A stretch of DNA of 32,000 nucleotides. Source: Candidatus Hadarchaeales archaeon. Lineage in GTDB: Archaea; Hadarchaeota; Hadarchaeia; Hadarchaeales; Hadarchaeaceae. The stretch lies in assembly GCA_038823825.1 (NCBI GenBank), contig JAWBCC010000001.1, positions 300,001-332,000 of the forward strand, in the 5' to 3' direction. The position numbers and the translations under genes are program-made. Positions within the stretch are counted from its first letter, which is position 1; each line of letters starts with the position of its first letter. This document shows positions 1-8,393 of the stretch, one piece after another. The notes under the pieces are model-generated. The model saw only the letters and a program-made list of their open reading frames with translations. It was not told where the DNA came from and did no database searches.

Positions 1-68
1 TCAAAAACTTTTGGCAAGGTTATCTTTTTTGCGACCTTTCCATCAAGCGAATAAACATTTACTTCCAT
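1..68 (-). CDS. rpl4: 50S ribosomal protein L4, 5' end only (truncated by window start)
   Basis: Not in the ORF track. Reverse strand from ATG at 68 reads MEVNVYSLDGKVAKKITLPKVF, a typical archaeal L4 N-terminus, immediately after rpl3. Confidence 0.85.
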   Translation of the reverse strand, partial: MEVNVYSLDGKVAKKITLPKVF

Positions 69-75
69 ACATTAC

Positions 76-1077
76 TCACCCCTGTTGAGACTTTAGACTT
101 ATGTAAGTGATAGTCGGTGTTCCGCTCGGGAACTTGGGTGGTCTAATCGCCTGTCGCAAAAGAAGCAGTCTCTTTGTTGTCCCTGGAACTGATCCACTAA
201 CCACTATGTAATCGGACCTTATTGGACCATACCTCAAAAAACCACCTTTCGGTGTTATTTCCTTCCCATTCGTTCCAATTTTTAGTATTCGTTTGTTTAA
301 CTCTGTTCTCTGGTGATATCCCATCTGTCCAGCCATTGGTACGGTCCACATGACCTTTGCTGGAGTCCAAGGACCGATTGATCCAACCTGTCTCCGCCCC
401 TTTCTGGTTTTTCTCGGAAGAATCTTTATGCCCCATCTCTTAACCGGTCCTTGGAATCCTTTTCCCTTTGTGATTCCTATAACATCAACAAACTCTCCCT
501 CATTAAAAATCTTTGAAACCTGAATTTCGGTGCCGAGAATCTTTTTGCAGTATTCCCACTTTTCTTCTAAAGATTTTCCACTAACTCCGGCTTCAACGAT
601 TTCCGGAGTTTTCTTAGGAACATTCCCCTTCCAAGGTTGTGTGCAGATAATGGCTCGAACATCAACAGCTTTTCCGCTTTTCACAAGCTCTTCGGCTTTA
701 TTAATCGCTTTTTCAAAGTCGTATTTCTTGATTTTAGGAATTTTTCGGAAAATTTGTTTTGGCAGGTCCTTGGCCCATACTTCATAAATCGCTTTCTTAC
801 CCCGTTCAGCCTTTGCATAGATGCGAACAGCACAAACGAAAACTGGCGGAGTCTCTAAAACAGTAACTGGCACAGATATCTCTTGCCCATATGTTAAGCT
901 TCCTTTTCTGTCATCAATTATGAAAACATGACTCATTCCTGCCTTGTACGCAGGAAACAACTGGAGCCTAACCTCTTCCGATATAGGATAAGTCTGTACT
1001 CTACCATAGGGTCTTTTAGCCCTGACTCGCGGCGAAAACGCCAAAGATCCTCTTCTTGGTCTACTCGTCTTTCCCAT
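76..1077 (-). CDS. rpl3: 50S ribosomal protein L3
   Basis: 333 aa, MGKTSRPRRGSLAFSPRVRAKRPYGRVQTYP...TKGKGFQGPVKRWG; characteristic archaeal L3 motifs. Confidence 0.97.
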   Translation of the reverse strand: MGKTSRPRRGSLAFSPRVRAKRPYGRVQTYPISEEVRLQLFPAYKAGMSHVFIIDDRKGSLTYGQEISVPVTVLETPPVFVCAVRIYAKAERGKKAIYEVWAKDLPKQIFRKIPKIKKYDFEKAINKAEELVKSGKAVDVRAIICTQPWKGNVPKKTPEIVEAGVSGKSLEEKWEYCKKILGTEIQVSKIFNEGEFVDVIGITKGKGFQGPVKRWGIKILPRKTRKGRRQVGSIGPWTPAKVMWTVPMAGQMGYHQRTELNKRILKIGTNGKEITPKGGFLRYGPIRSDYIVVSGSVPGTTKRLLLLRQAIRPPKFPSGTPTITYISLKSQQG

Positions 1078-1144
1078 TTTTTTTGTCCTCCTTCTACTTC
1101 GCTACTTCATTCTTTAGTCAATCGTCAATATAAACTGTGGATAT

Positions 1145-2440
1145 TTAAAAAAGTAGAATCTCGGCAGAAATTACGGCCGATGTGGTAAATATGGCAAGAA
1201 GGCTGATGATGAACCCGTATTTGGTAAATTCTGAAAACGAGATCGGATATCCAGACTGGGTGAGTATTTCAGACCACATTATTCCAGCCAGCGAACCCGT
1301 GATCATGGTGCAAGGGCCAATGTCGCTGCCGGCTATTATGGCCAAAGCTACTCCCTTATTTTGAACGTTCAAACTTCTTGAGAAGAAAACAGCCATCGGA
1401 TGATTATTCATAAATCCAGACAACCAACTGGCTGCGAAGCACACTGCTACAATGGATATACTACTCATCCTAAAAATAGAAAAAATGGAGGAGAATCTTG
1501 CTGTCCAACCAGTGTATGCAAGGCCCTCCACAAGTACAAACAGTCCAATAAGATAGGGGGCAATTTTCCAAGGTACTCTAACTGCGATTTTTCTGAGGAG
1601 TTTCCTATAGCTAATGAAAAAGGCGAGCAAAATGGCGAAAATCAAAGAGATGCTCCAAGCCGGAAGTTTTGTTATGCTTTTCGGTAATCCAATTAGAGTT
1701 ATTGTCAGAAAAAGGCAAAGCAGACCGGCCCACATGGCTTTTCTATCTCTTATTATCTCGAGATTTTCTTCCATTTGAACTTCCAGACTCTCTGGTATCT
1801 GTTTTCTGAAGATTATCCAGAGGGCAATCGTACACACCAAAGTTGAAAGAAAGGAAGGAAGCAGCATAAATTTGGCAAATTCTACGAAATCTATACCAAC
1901 AAAATCTGCAACGATGATGTTTGTTGGGTTTCCGATATAAAGTGCCATTCCAGCGATGTTTGTACTAAAAAATTGAAGAAAGAGGAATGGTATTGGATTT
2001 ATTTTTGCATGTCGGCATATATGAAGTATCGTAAAAGTGAGAGTCAAAATGACGATGTCGTTATTTGTAGGCAAAGTAAGCAAAAAAGTTAGGATAAAGA
2101 TGTTTAGAAAGAGTTTTTTACCATTCCGCGCTGTTTTTAAAAATTTCAAAGCCACGTACTCAAAAAAACCGACGTATTCCAAGGTCAAACAAATGAAGGA
2201 GAGAGATAAAATTAGGATTATCACAGAAAACGGTCGGAGGTTATCTATCCCCATCATGCCTCGATGGAGGAGCATCCATCGTTCACCAGAAAAAATCAGC
2301 AAAATAAGAGCACATATCAAAGTTGCAATTCCGAAATCCAAATGAATTCTTTTCTTAGTGAACGGGATCCTCACATGCGGATGAGTTAGTGTCAGAATAA
2401 TTGCCAGAATGAAAAGAAAAAAAGCAAGAAAAGCAAGCAT
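1145..2440 (-). CDS. ArsB/NhaD/SLC13-type anion or arsenite permease family membrane protein
   Basis: 431 aa, about 11-12 hydrophobic segments, motifs TLPTNNDIVILTLT and GNPTNIIVADFVGI typical of the ArsB/NhaD superfamily. Confidence 0.8.
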   Translation of the reverse strand: MLAFLAFFLFILAIILTLTHPHVRIPFTKKRIHLDFGIATLICALILLIFSGERWMLLHRGMMGIDNLRPFSVIILILSLSFICLTLEYVGFFEYVALKFLKTARNGKKLFLNIFILTFLLTLPTNNDIVILTLTFTILHICRHAKINPIPFLFLQFFSTNIAGMALYIGNPTNIIVADFVGIDFVEFAKFMLLPSFLSTLVCTIALWIIFRKQIPESLEVQMEENLEIIRDRKAMWAGLLCLFLTITLIGLPKSITKLPAWSISLIFAILLAFFISYRKLLRKIAVRVPWKIAPYLIGLFVLVEGLAYTGWTARFSSIFSIFRMSSISIVAVCFAASWLSGFMNNHPMAVFFSRSLNVQNKGVALAIIAGSDIGPCTMITGSLAGIMWSEILTQSGYPISFSEFTKYGFIISLLAIFTTSAVISAEILLF

Positions 2441-2461
2441 AGAAAGATGGCACCTTTTTTG

Positions 2462-2851
2462 CTAATCAGCTCTTTTCACGAGGATCAAGGTACAAGGTAT
2501 GTGCTTGATGAGGTAGTCCGATATGCTTTCGGAGATTACTCCGAGAATACCTTTTTTCTGAATGGTTCCAGTCACTACTATGTCTGCCGAAACATTTTTC
2601 ACGAAAGAAACAATTGCGCTTTTCGCATCCGCCGACTCTACCAGTTCAAGTCTTGCTTTTATTCCTTCTTTCTCTAGAAGAGAAAGCACCCAAGCGAATT
2701 TCTCTTCTGCATCCTTTTTCTGAAGTTCTGTTAAAATTCTGACTACATGCAAAACTATTACTTCAGTTTCTTTCCCACAAAGTTTTGCTGCAACTTTAAT
2801 CACTTCTTCTGGTGTAGCTTCGGTTACACAGATTACCATCCGGCGGTACAT
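2462..2851 (-). CDS. Universal stress protein (UspA) family
   Basis: 129 aa, MVICVTEAT...VIVLHVVRIL...ADIVVTGTIQKKGILGVISESISDYLIKHIPCTLILVK; Usp fold pattern. Confidence 0.85.
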   Translation of the reverse strand: MYRRMVICVTEATPEEVIKVAAKLCGKETEVIVLHVVRILTELQKKDAEEKFAWVLSLLEKEGIKARLELVESADAKSAIVSFVKNVSADIVVTGTIQKKGILGVISESISDYLIKHIPCTLILVKRAD

Positions 2852-2933
2852 TCAACCTCTCTTAGACTTTTCCAGCAACGTTTAAAAATTCAAGTGTATA
2901 CAAAAGATTTTTATACTGATTTGATAATGCGAA

Positions 2934-4013
2934 ATGATTAAAATGAAGCTCTTCACTGTTGGACCAGTTGCTTGCAGACCAGAGGTCCTGAAAGAAATGA
3001 GTATTCAGATGTTCAGTCATCGCAGTGCCGAATATGTTGAGCTTCATAATGATACAGTCCATCGTTTGCAGAAATTCTTGGAAACAAAAAATCAGGTTTT
3101 CCTCCTTCCATCTTCCAGCACGGGAATGATGGAAGCTTCAGTAAGAAACTGCGTTAAGAAAAAGGTCCTCTGCTGCATCTGCGGAGAGTTTGGAAGAAGA
3201 TTCGCGCAGGTGGCAAAAGCCAATGGAAAAGAGGTAGTTGAATTAGAAGTACCACTCGGCGAAGCTGTGACCCCAGAACTTTTAGAAGAAGCACTGAGAA
3301 AAAATCCGGATGTCGAAGCAGTCACGATAATATACTCCGAAACCAGCACCGGTGTGCTTAATCCGCTTCCAGAGCTCACAAAGGTTGCGAAAGAACATGG
3401 AAAACTTACGCTCGTTGATGCTGTGAGCGCGATGGGTGGCGTGGAGCTCAAAATAGATGAGTGGGAGATCGACGTCTGTTTTGCGGGCTCGCAGAAATGT
3501 TTTGGAATCCCTCCTGGGCTCACCGTTGCCTCTGTGAGCCAATTGGCCTTAGAGATTTCTGAGAAAATGGAAAATAAGGGATGGTATTTTGATTTCAAGT
3601 TATACGAGAAATATCAGCAAAGGGGAAACACACCGACTACTCCGCCAATTCCCCAGATCGCTGCTCTCAGAAAGGAACTAGAAATAATAGAAAAGGAAGG
3701 CGGAAAGACTGCCCGTTTAGAACTCTATAGGAAAAGGTTCGAAAAAATAGTGAAGGGTGTCAAAGATCTGGGACTCTCTCTCTTTCCAAAACCTGGTTTT
3801 GAAAGTCCAACGGTAGTTTGCGTAAACGCTCCAGCCGGCATGACCGGGCACGATGTTTACAACAGAATGAGAGAGAGGGGTTTCGAGCTTGCGAAGGGAT
3901 ACCGTCAACTAGGCGAAAGGACATTTAGAATCGGAAACATGGGTTACATAACTTTTGATGACATAGAAGAAATGCTGAAAGCTTTAGCCGAAGTAATCGG
4001 TGCAAGGAGATAA
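2934..4013 (+). CDS. Class V aminotransferase (alanine-glyoxylate / serine-pyruvate aminotransferase-like)
   Basis: 359 aa, FTVGPVACRPEVL...HRSAEYVEL...YSETSTGVLNPL...DAVSAMGG...AGSQKCFGIPPGLT (PLP lysine). ATG at 2943 is an alternative start. Confidence 0.9.
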   Translation: MIKMKLFTVGPVACRPEVLKEMSIQMFSHRSAEYVELHNDTVHRLQKFLETKNQVFLLPSSSTGMMEASVRNCVKKKVLCCICGEFGRRFAQVAKANGKEVVELEVPLGEAVTPELLEEALRKNPDVEAVTIIYSETSTGVLNPLPELTKVAKEHGKLTLVDAVSAMGGVELKIDEWEIDVCFAGSQKCFGIPPGLTVASVSQLALEISEKMENKGWYFDFKLYEKYQQRGNTPTTPPIPQIAALRKELEIIEKEGGKTARLELYRKRFEKIVKGVKDLGLSLFPKPGFESPTVVCVNAPAGMTGHDVYNRMRERGFELAKGYRQLGERTFRIGNMGYITFDDIEEMLKALAEVIGARR

Positions 4014-4054
4014 CGAAAGTTATTAAACATTTGTTTAGGAAATTTTTAGGTAGC

Positions 4055-4975
4055 ATGGGTCTCACTCCGACTAAGTACATTTGGATGGATGGAAAATTCG
4101 TTAAATGGAAAGATGCCAAGGTACATGTTCTCACTCACACTCTCCACTATGGTTTAGGGGTTTTCGAAGGAATAAGATGTTATAACACTCCTAAAGGTCC
4201 GGCGATTTTTAGACTTCGGGACCACATGAAAAGATTCCTGAAATCGGCAAAAACTGTTGAGATGAAAATTCCGTATAATCTAAATGAGCTCTGTGAAGCT
4301 GTTAGAGAAACCGTGAAGATGAACAAAATCAAGGAGTGTTACATCAGACCGATAGCTTTCTACGGATACGGAGTTATGGGTTTGAATCCAAGCGGTGCTC
4401 CGGTAAACGTGGCTGTTGCCGTCTGGCCATGGGGAACGTATCTTGGCGAGGAAGGTCTACAAAAAGGCGTGCGCGTCAAGATATCCAAATGGCGCAGGAT
4501 TTCTCCAATGATTCTCCCACCTCAGGCGAAAATAGTTGCAAATTATGCGAATTCGATACTGGCAAAGTTAGACGCGTTGAAGTCAGGATTTGATGAAGCA
4601 ATTCTTCTCAACATAGACGGATACATTGCCGAAGGGCCTGGAGAAAATGTTTTCATAGTGAAAGATGGGCGACTGTTCACACCACCTCTCGATGTAGGAG
4701 CTCTAGAAGGAATAACAAGGGATTCTGTGATAAAAATAGCGAGAGACGAGGGATTAGAAGTGATGGAGAAAAATCTCAGAATAGAGGACCTGTACTCTGC
4801 TGATGAAGCTTTCTTTACCGGAACTGCTGCGGAAGTTACACCAATTGCGGAGGTTGATGGTAGGAAGATAGGTTCCGGAACGAGGGGTCCGATAACAGAA
4901 AGGCTTCAGGATATTTATTTCAGGACAGTCCGGGGTCTGGTAAAACGCTACTTGAAATGGCTTGATTTTGTTTAG
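4055..4975 (+). CDS. ilvE: Branched-chain amino acid aminotransferase
   Basis: WMDGKFVKWKDAKVHVLTHTLHYGLGVFEGIRCY, class IV aminotransferase. The track start at 4031 is TTG; ATG at 4055 fits better with the TATA-like ttattaaac at about 4020. Confidence 0.93.
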   Translation: MGLTPTKYIWMDGKFVKWKDAKVHVLTHTLHYGLGVFEGIRCYNTPKGPAIFRLRDHMKRFLKSAKTVEMKIPYNLNELCEAVRETVKMNKIKECYIRPIAFYGYGVMGLNPSGAPVNVAVAVWPWGTYLGEEGLQKGVRVKISKWRRISPMILPPQAKIVANYANSILAKLDALKSGFDEAILLNIDGYIAEGPGENVFIVKDGRLFTPPLDVGALEGITRDSVIKIARDEGLEVMEKNLRIEDLYSADEAFFTGTAAEVTPIAEVDGRKIGSGTRGPITERLQDIYFRTVRGLVKRYLKWLDFV

Positions 4976-5715
4976 AAAGCCAGCAGGATCATTCTGATCC
5001 CAATCAAAATCATGACAGCAGCGAGTATTTTCTTCAAGATTTCTTGATGAATCCTTCCGGTCAGGCTAGACCCAATTATGGCTCCGATGGCACAACCTAT
5101 TCCTAGAGGTAGGGCAAAGTCTGTTCGAACGTTTCCTAAAATATGGTGTGGAACTACCGCGCCAATCGTGGTAAGCGACATGCCAAAAAGAGCCGTGCCA
5201 GCAGAAACCTTGATTGGCATGCCGAGTGCAAGAATCATAACAGCTTCGTCGATTATCCCACCACCAACCCCCACCATGCCAGAGACAAGACCGCTGATGA
5301 AGCTGCCGAATATACACACAACAACAATTTTTGCGGTTAAATTCAGACAATTGCTCTTATCGCTTTCTTTTCTCATGATTAATGCTGACATGATCAAAAC
5401 TATTGAACCGAAAAACAAAGCCAACAGATGTGACGGAAGAAAAAATGTGAGATATGCTCCAAGAGCAGCCCCCGGCACATCAAGGGTGTCTAGCAGTAAA
5501 CCAATTCGATAGTTTACTCGTTTATGTTTGGCATGGATTATTGTCGCTGAAATAGAGGCGATCATTATTCCAAATAAGCTAGTCCCTATAGCTTGCTTTA
5601 CCGGTAAGGAGAAAAGTAGAATTAGAGCTGGTGTGATAAACGCGCCTCCTCCAAGTCCGACCATTGAACAGACAGCAGAAACTGCCAAACCTAAAAGAAA
5701 GACGAAAAAGTTCAT
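4972..5715 (-). CDS. TauE/SafE family sulfite/anion exporter-like membrane protein
   Basis: 247 aa, two homologous halves with GLGGGAFITPALILLF and GVGGGIIDEAVMILALGMPIKVSAGTALFGM. Confidence 0.88.
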   Translation of the reverse strand: MNFFVFLLGLAVSAVCSMVGLGGGAFITPALILLFSLPVKQAIGTSLFGIMIASISATIIHAKHKRVNYRIGLLLDTLDVPGAALGAYLTFFLPSHLLALFFGSIVLIMSALIMRKESDKSNCLNLTAKIVVVCIFGSFISGLVSGMVGVGGGIIDEAVMILALGMPIKVSAGTALFGMSLTTIGAVVPHHILGNVRTDFALPLGIGCAIGAIIGSSLTGRIHQEILKKILAAVMILIGIRMILLAF

Positions 5716-6353
5716 TACGATCCCAATTCTTCAACAGTTTGAATGATATCCCTAACAGCACATTCGATTATAACTTTTCCCAAGAGCAGGCTTGCCCGTA
5801 TCTCTTCCTCCTCAACTTCTCTTGCCATTTTTTCGACCCATGGATATTTTTTCCTAGCTTCCATTAATCCGACAAACCCCACCTCTGGAAATTTTCTAAA
5901 GTCAATGTGATCGCAAATTTTGCTCATGTCAGCAAATCCCAGCCAGAGGCCTGCACTGACTTCTCCGCTCCATGCATGAGGTCCTTCCAACTTCAGAAGA
6001 GAATCGCAAAATATTATGGTTAAATCAAGTTCTCTCTCCAGTTTTTGTAGTTCGGGTTTAAGCAAATTGTTTCCACCATGTCCGTTTACTATTATTACTG
6101 TGTCTACGTTGATTTCTTTGGCTTTACGTAAAACTTTCTTTAAGTCATTTAGAACAGTTTCTACTGATTGATGTTCCCCAGTTTCAATTTCAGGATACTC
6201 ACACGATGATGCAACAGAACCGATGAACATTGCCCCAACTCTTTTTGAGATTTCCCTAGCAACATGTGTGGCAAGTCTTAGGTCAGTATCCGGAGGCAAG
6301 ATTGCACCATGTTTTTCATTCACCGAGCCTAGCGCTAGAACGCCCAATTTCAT
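5715..6353 (-). CDS. Creatininase family hydrolase; possibly ArfB-type FAPy deformylase
   Basis: 212 aa, LALGSVNEKHGAILPPDTDLRLA and IIVNGHGGNN, creatininase-family metal-binding motifs. Confidence 0.8.
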   Translation of the reverse strand: MKLGVLALGSVNEKHGAILPPDTDLRLATHVAREISKRVGAMFIGSVASSCEYPEIETGEHQSVETVLNDLKKVLRKAKEINVDTVIIVNGHGGNNLLKPELQKLERELDLTIIFCDSLLKLEGPHAWSGEVSAGLWLGFADMSKICDHIDFRKFPEVGFVGLMEARKKYPWVEKMAREVEEEEIRASLLLGKVIIECAVRDIIQTVEELGS

Positions 6354-6405
6354 TCACTCTCACCCAGATAAGTTTAATGCACAACGGATATAGAATAATC
6401 TGATT

Positions 6406-7152
6406 ATGAAAATCCATATCGGGTGCTGTGGCTGGGCTGCAGGAAGGAAAAAATATTTCCAAACTTTCTCCACGGTAGAGCTTCAGTCCACATTCTATAA
6501 ACTTCCAAAGCCGGAAATGGCAGAGAAATTGGCCAATGAGGCTCCAAAAGACTTTATTTTCTGTTTGAAAGCTTGGCAGGCAATAACACACCCGATCACA
6601 AGTCCTACTTGGAAGCGTTCTGGAATTTCACCTGAGGAGCTCGAAAAGAGGGAATACGGTTTTCTCAGACCGACAAAAGATAACTTTGAAGCATGGAAGC
6701 TCACGATGGAGATATGCGAAAGACTTTCCGCAAGAATCTGTGTGATCCAGACTCCACCAAGTTTTGGTTTTTCAGAGGAGAACATGAAAAACATGAAGAG
6801 ATTTTTCGGTAAGGCCGAAAGAGGAAAAATCCTTCTGGCATGGGAACCACGCGGTACTTGGTCCGATCACCCCGATAAAATAAGAGAGATGTGCACGGAT
6901 CTAGATTTGATACATGTGGTGGATCCACTGCGCATGAAATCCTTACATTTCGGCTCCAAAAAGGTTGCATACTTCCGGCTTCATGGATTTGGAAAACCTT
7001 CAATCTATAATTACAAATACTCCGACGAAGAGCTTCGACGTATTCTAGAAGAAATAAAGAAAACCAACGCGAAAGAGGTTTTCTGCATGTTTAACAATGT
7101 CTACATGTTTGAAGACGCTAAGCGTTTAAAGGAAATGGTTGATAAAAAATGA
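6406..7152 (+). CDS. DUF72 domain-containing protein
   Basis: 248 aa, IGCCGWAAGRKKYFQTFSTVELQSTFYKLP...YFRLHGFGKPSIYNYKYSDEEL...VFCMFNNVYMFEDAKRL, DUF72 signature. Confidence 0.9.
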   Translation: MKIHIGCCGWAAGRKKYFQTFSTVELQSTFYKLPKPEMAEKLANEAPKDFIFCLKAWQAITHPITSPTWKRSGISPEELEKREYGFLRPTKDNFEAWKLTMEICERLSARICVIQTPPSFGFSEENMKNMKRFFGKAERGKILLAWEPRGTWSDHPDKIREMCTDLDLIHVVDPLRMKSLHFGSKKVAYFRLHGFGKPSIYNYKYSDEELRRILEEIKKTNAKEVFCMFNNVYMFEDAKRLKEMVDKK

Positions 7153-7823
7153 AACCTCGTGTTCTACAGATTCCAGGATCATTTTTCGGTTCAAATGTTT
7201 ACGTCATATTTGATGAAAAGACAGCGATAATTGACGCTGGGCTCCCGGAAGATTTTATGCGCATCTCGCGGACGATGGAGAAAAATGGTCTAAATCCGGC
7301 TGACTTGGATTTTATCATAAATACGCATTGTCATTTCGATCATACCGGCGGAGATTTCATGTTTGTTAGACTTTCCGGCTGTTTGGTTTTTGCTCACAAG
7401 AACGATAGCGATGTTATAGAAAGAGGAGACGATGTTATTTCCTGTGCAAAAATTTTCAGAAGCAAGCTTGTTCCAGTTCGCGTTGAAAAAAGACTTGTTG
7501 ACGGCGACGAAATTTGTTTGGGCAACTGGACGTTGAAGATTTTACACACTCCGGGACACACTGCCGGTAGTATATGCATTTTGTTACCAGAGGAAGGAAT
7601 TCTGTTCAGCGGAGATACAGTTTTTGCTGATGGATTTGGAAGAACGGATCTACCAACCGGAAATCCACATGATTTGGTAATGTCTCTTCGTCGCTTACTT
7701 TCAGAACCATTTAGTCTGATTTTTCCAGGCCACGGTGAAATATCCAAAGACGGAAAAGAGAGTATCAAACGGGCATTGGAGCTAGTGAGAAGATATGCAG
7801 AAACCGAGAGATATTTTGAATAA
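7149..7823 (+). CDS. Metallo-beta-lactamase fold hydrolase (glyoxalase II-like)
   Basis: 224 aa, NTHCHFDHTGGD, HTPGHTAGSICI, FSGDTVFADGFGRTDL, FPGHG. Confidence 0.93.
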   Translation: MKPRVLQIPGSFFGSNVYVIFDEKTAIIDAGLPEDFMRISRTMEKNGLNPADLDFIINTHCHFDHTGGDFMFVRLSGCLVFAHKNDSDVIERGDDVISCAKIFRSKLVPVRVEKRLVDGDEICLGNWTLKILHTPGHTAGSICILLPEEGILFSGDTVFADGFGRTDLPTGNPHDLVMSLRRLLSEPFSLIFPGHGEISKDGKESIKRALELVRRYAETERYFE

Positions 7824-8070
7824 GTTGAAGTGGCATGAAAGAAATCTGGAGAGGGCGAAAATAACTATTCTACACCGTGGAGCTGCAAATGATCAAAAGG
7901 TGATCTCCGGAGCTGAAATCATCTCTCTTTCTAGAGGCTACATGGTCGTGCAGAGCGCAGGAGGAGAATTAGAAATCCCATATCACAGAATTCTGCAGAT
8001 AGAAGTGGATGGAAAGATGATTTGGAGCAGAGAGTTTGTCAGAAAATCCAAGAAAAGTTCACGAATTTAA
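7795..8070 (+). CDS. DUF504 / MJ1316-type RNA cyclic group end recognition domain protein
   Basis: 91 aa, DILNKLKWHERNLERAKITILHRGAANDQKVISGAEI...IPYHRILQIEVDGKMIW. Confidence 0.85.
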   Translation: MQKPRDILNKLKWHERNLERAKITILHRGAANDQKVISGAEIISLSRGYMVVQSAGGELEIPYHRILQIEVDGKMIWSREFVRKSKKSSRI

Positions 8071-8093
8071 TTCATCTCAGTCCAGACTTCTTT

Positions 8094-8393
8094 GTGAGTA
8101 GACCTAACATTACGGATGTCATACGTGCGATGTTTGCTTTAGGTTTCTCGCCAGAAGAAATATACGAGATTCTATCGATGGCCGGATTACCTTGGGAAGA
8201 CGCTCAACTTCTGATAGAGCGGCTAAAAAATGAGTCAGAGAAATTTGTCGGCCGGGAAGATAGACTGCTTAAGGCTGTTGAGGAAGTTGTAAGACAAAAC
8301 CATTCGGAGTTAATTGAGAAACTTTCGAGCATGGAGATGAAAATCGATTTTATTATCAGATCTCTGAGAAATAGAAAGGCTCGGGAGAAATGA
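8094..8393 (+). CDS. Small conserved-looking hypothetical protein, largely helical
   Basis: Open frame in track from 8022. An in-frame GTG at 8094 gives VSRPNITDVIRAMFALGFSPEEIYEILSMAGLPWEDAQLLIERL. It is next to the pilin-like cluster and tail-overlaps it by 38 nt. Confidence 0.65.
   Translation: MSRPNITDVIRAMFALGFSPEEIYEILSMAGLPWEDAQLLIERLKNESEKFVGREDRLLKAVEEVVRQNHSELIEKLSSMEMKIDFIIRSLRNRKAREK

Noticed and set aside
1206-1245. Possible box C (TGATGATGA) and CTGA near the 3' end of the permease gene
   Set aside because: Guide spacing of about 18 nt, no C'/D' pair and no terminal stem, so it does not meet C/D sRNA criteria.
3092-3598. 168-aa minus-strand ORF
   Set aside because: Antisense shadow of the class V aminotransferase; Ser/Pro-rich composition typical of reverse-frame artefacts.
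6254-6290. GATGATG plus GATGAA resembling C/C' boxes
   Set aside because: No CTGA boxes at suitable spacing and inside the creatininase-family gene.
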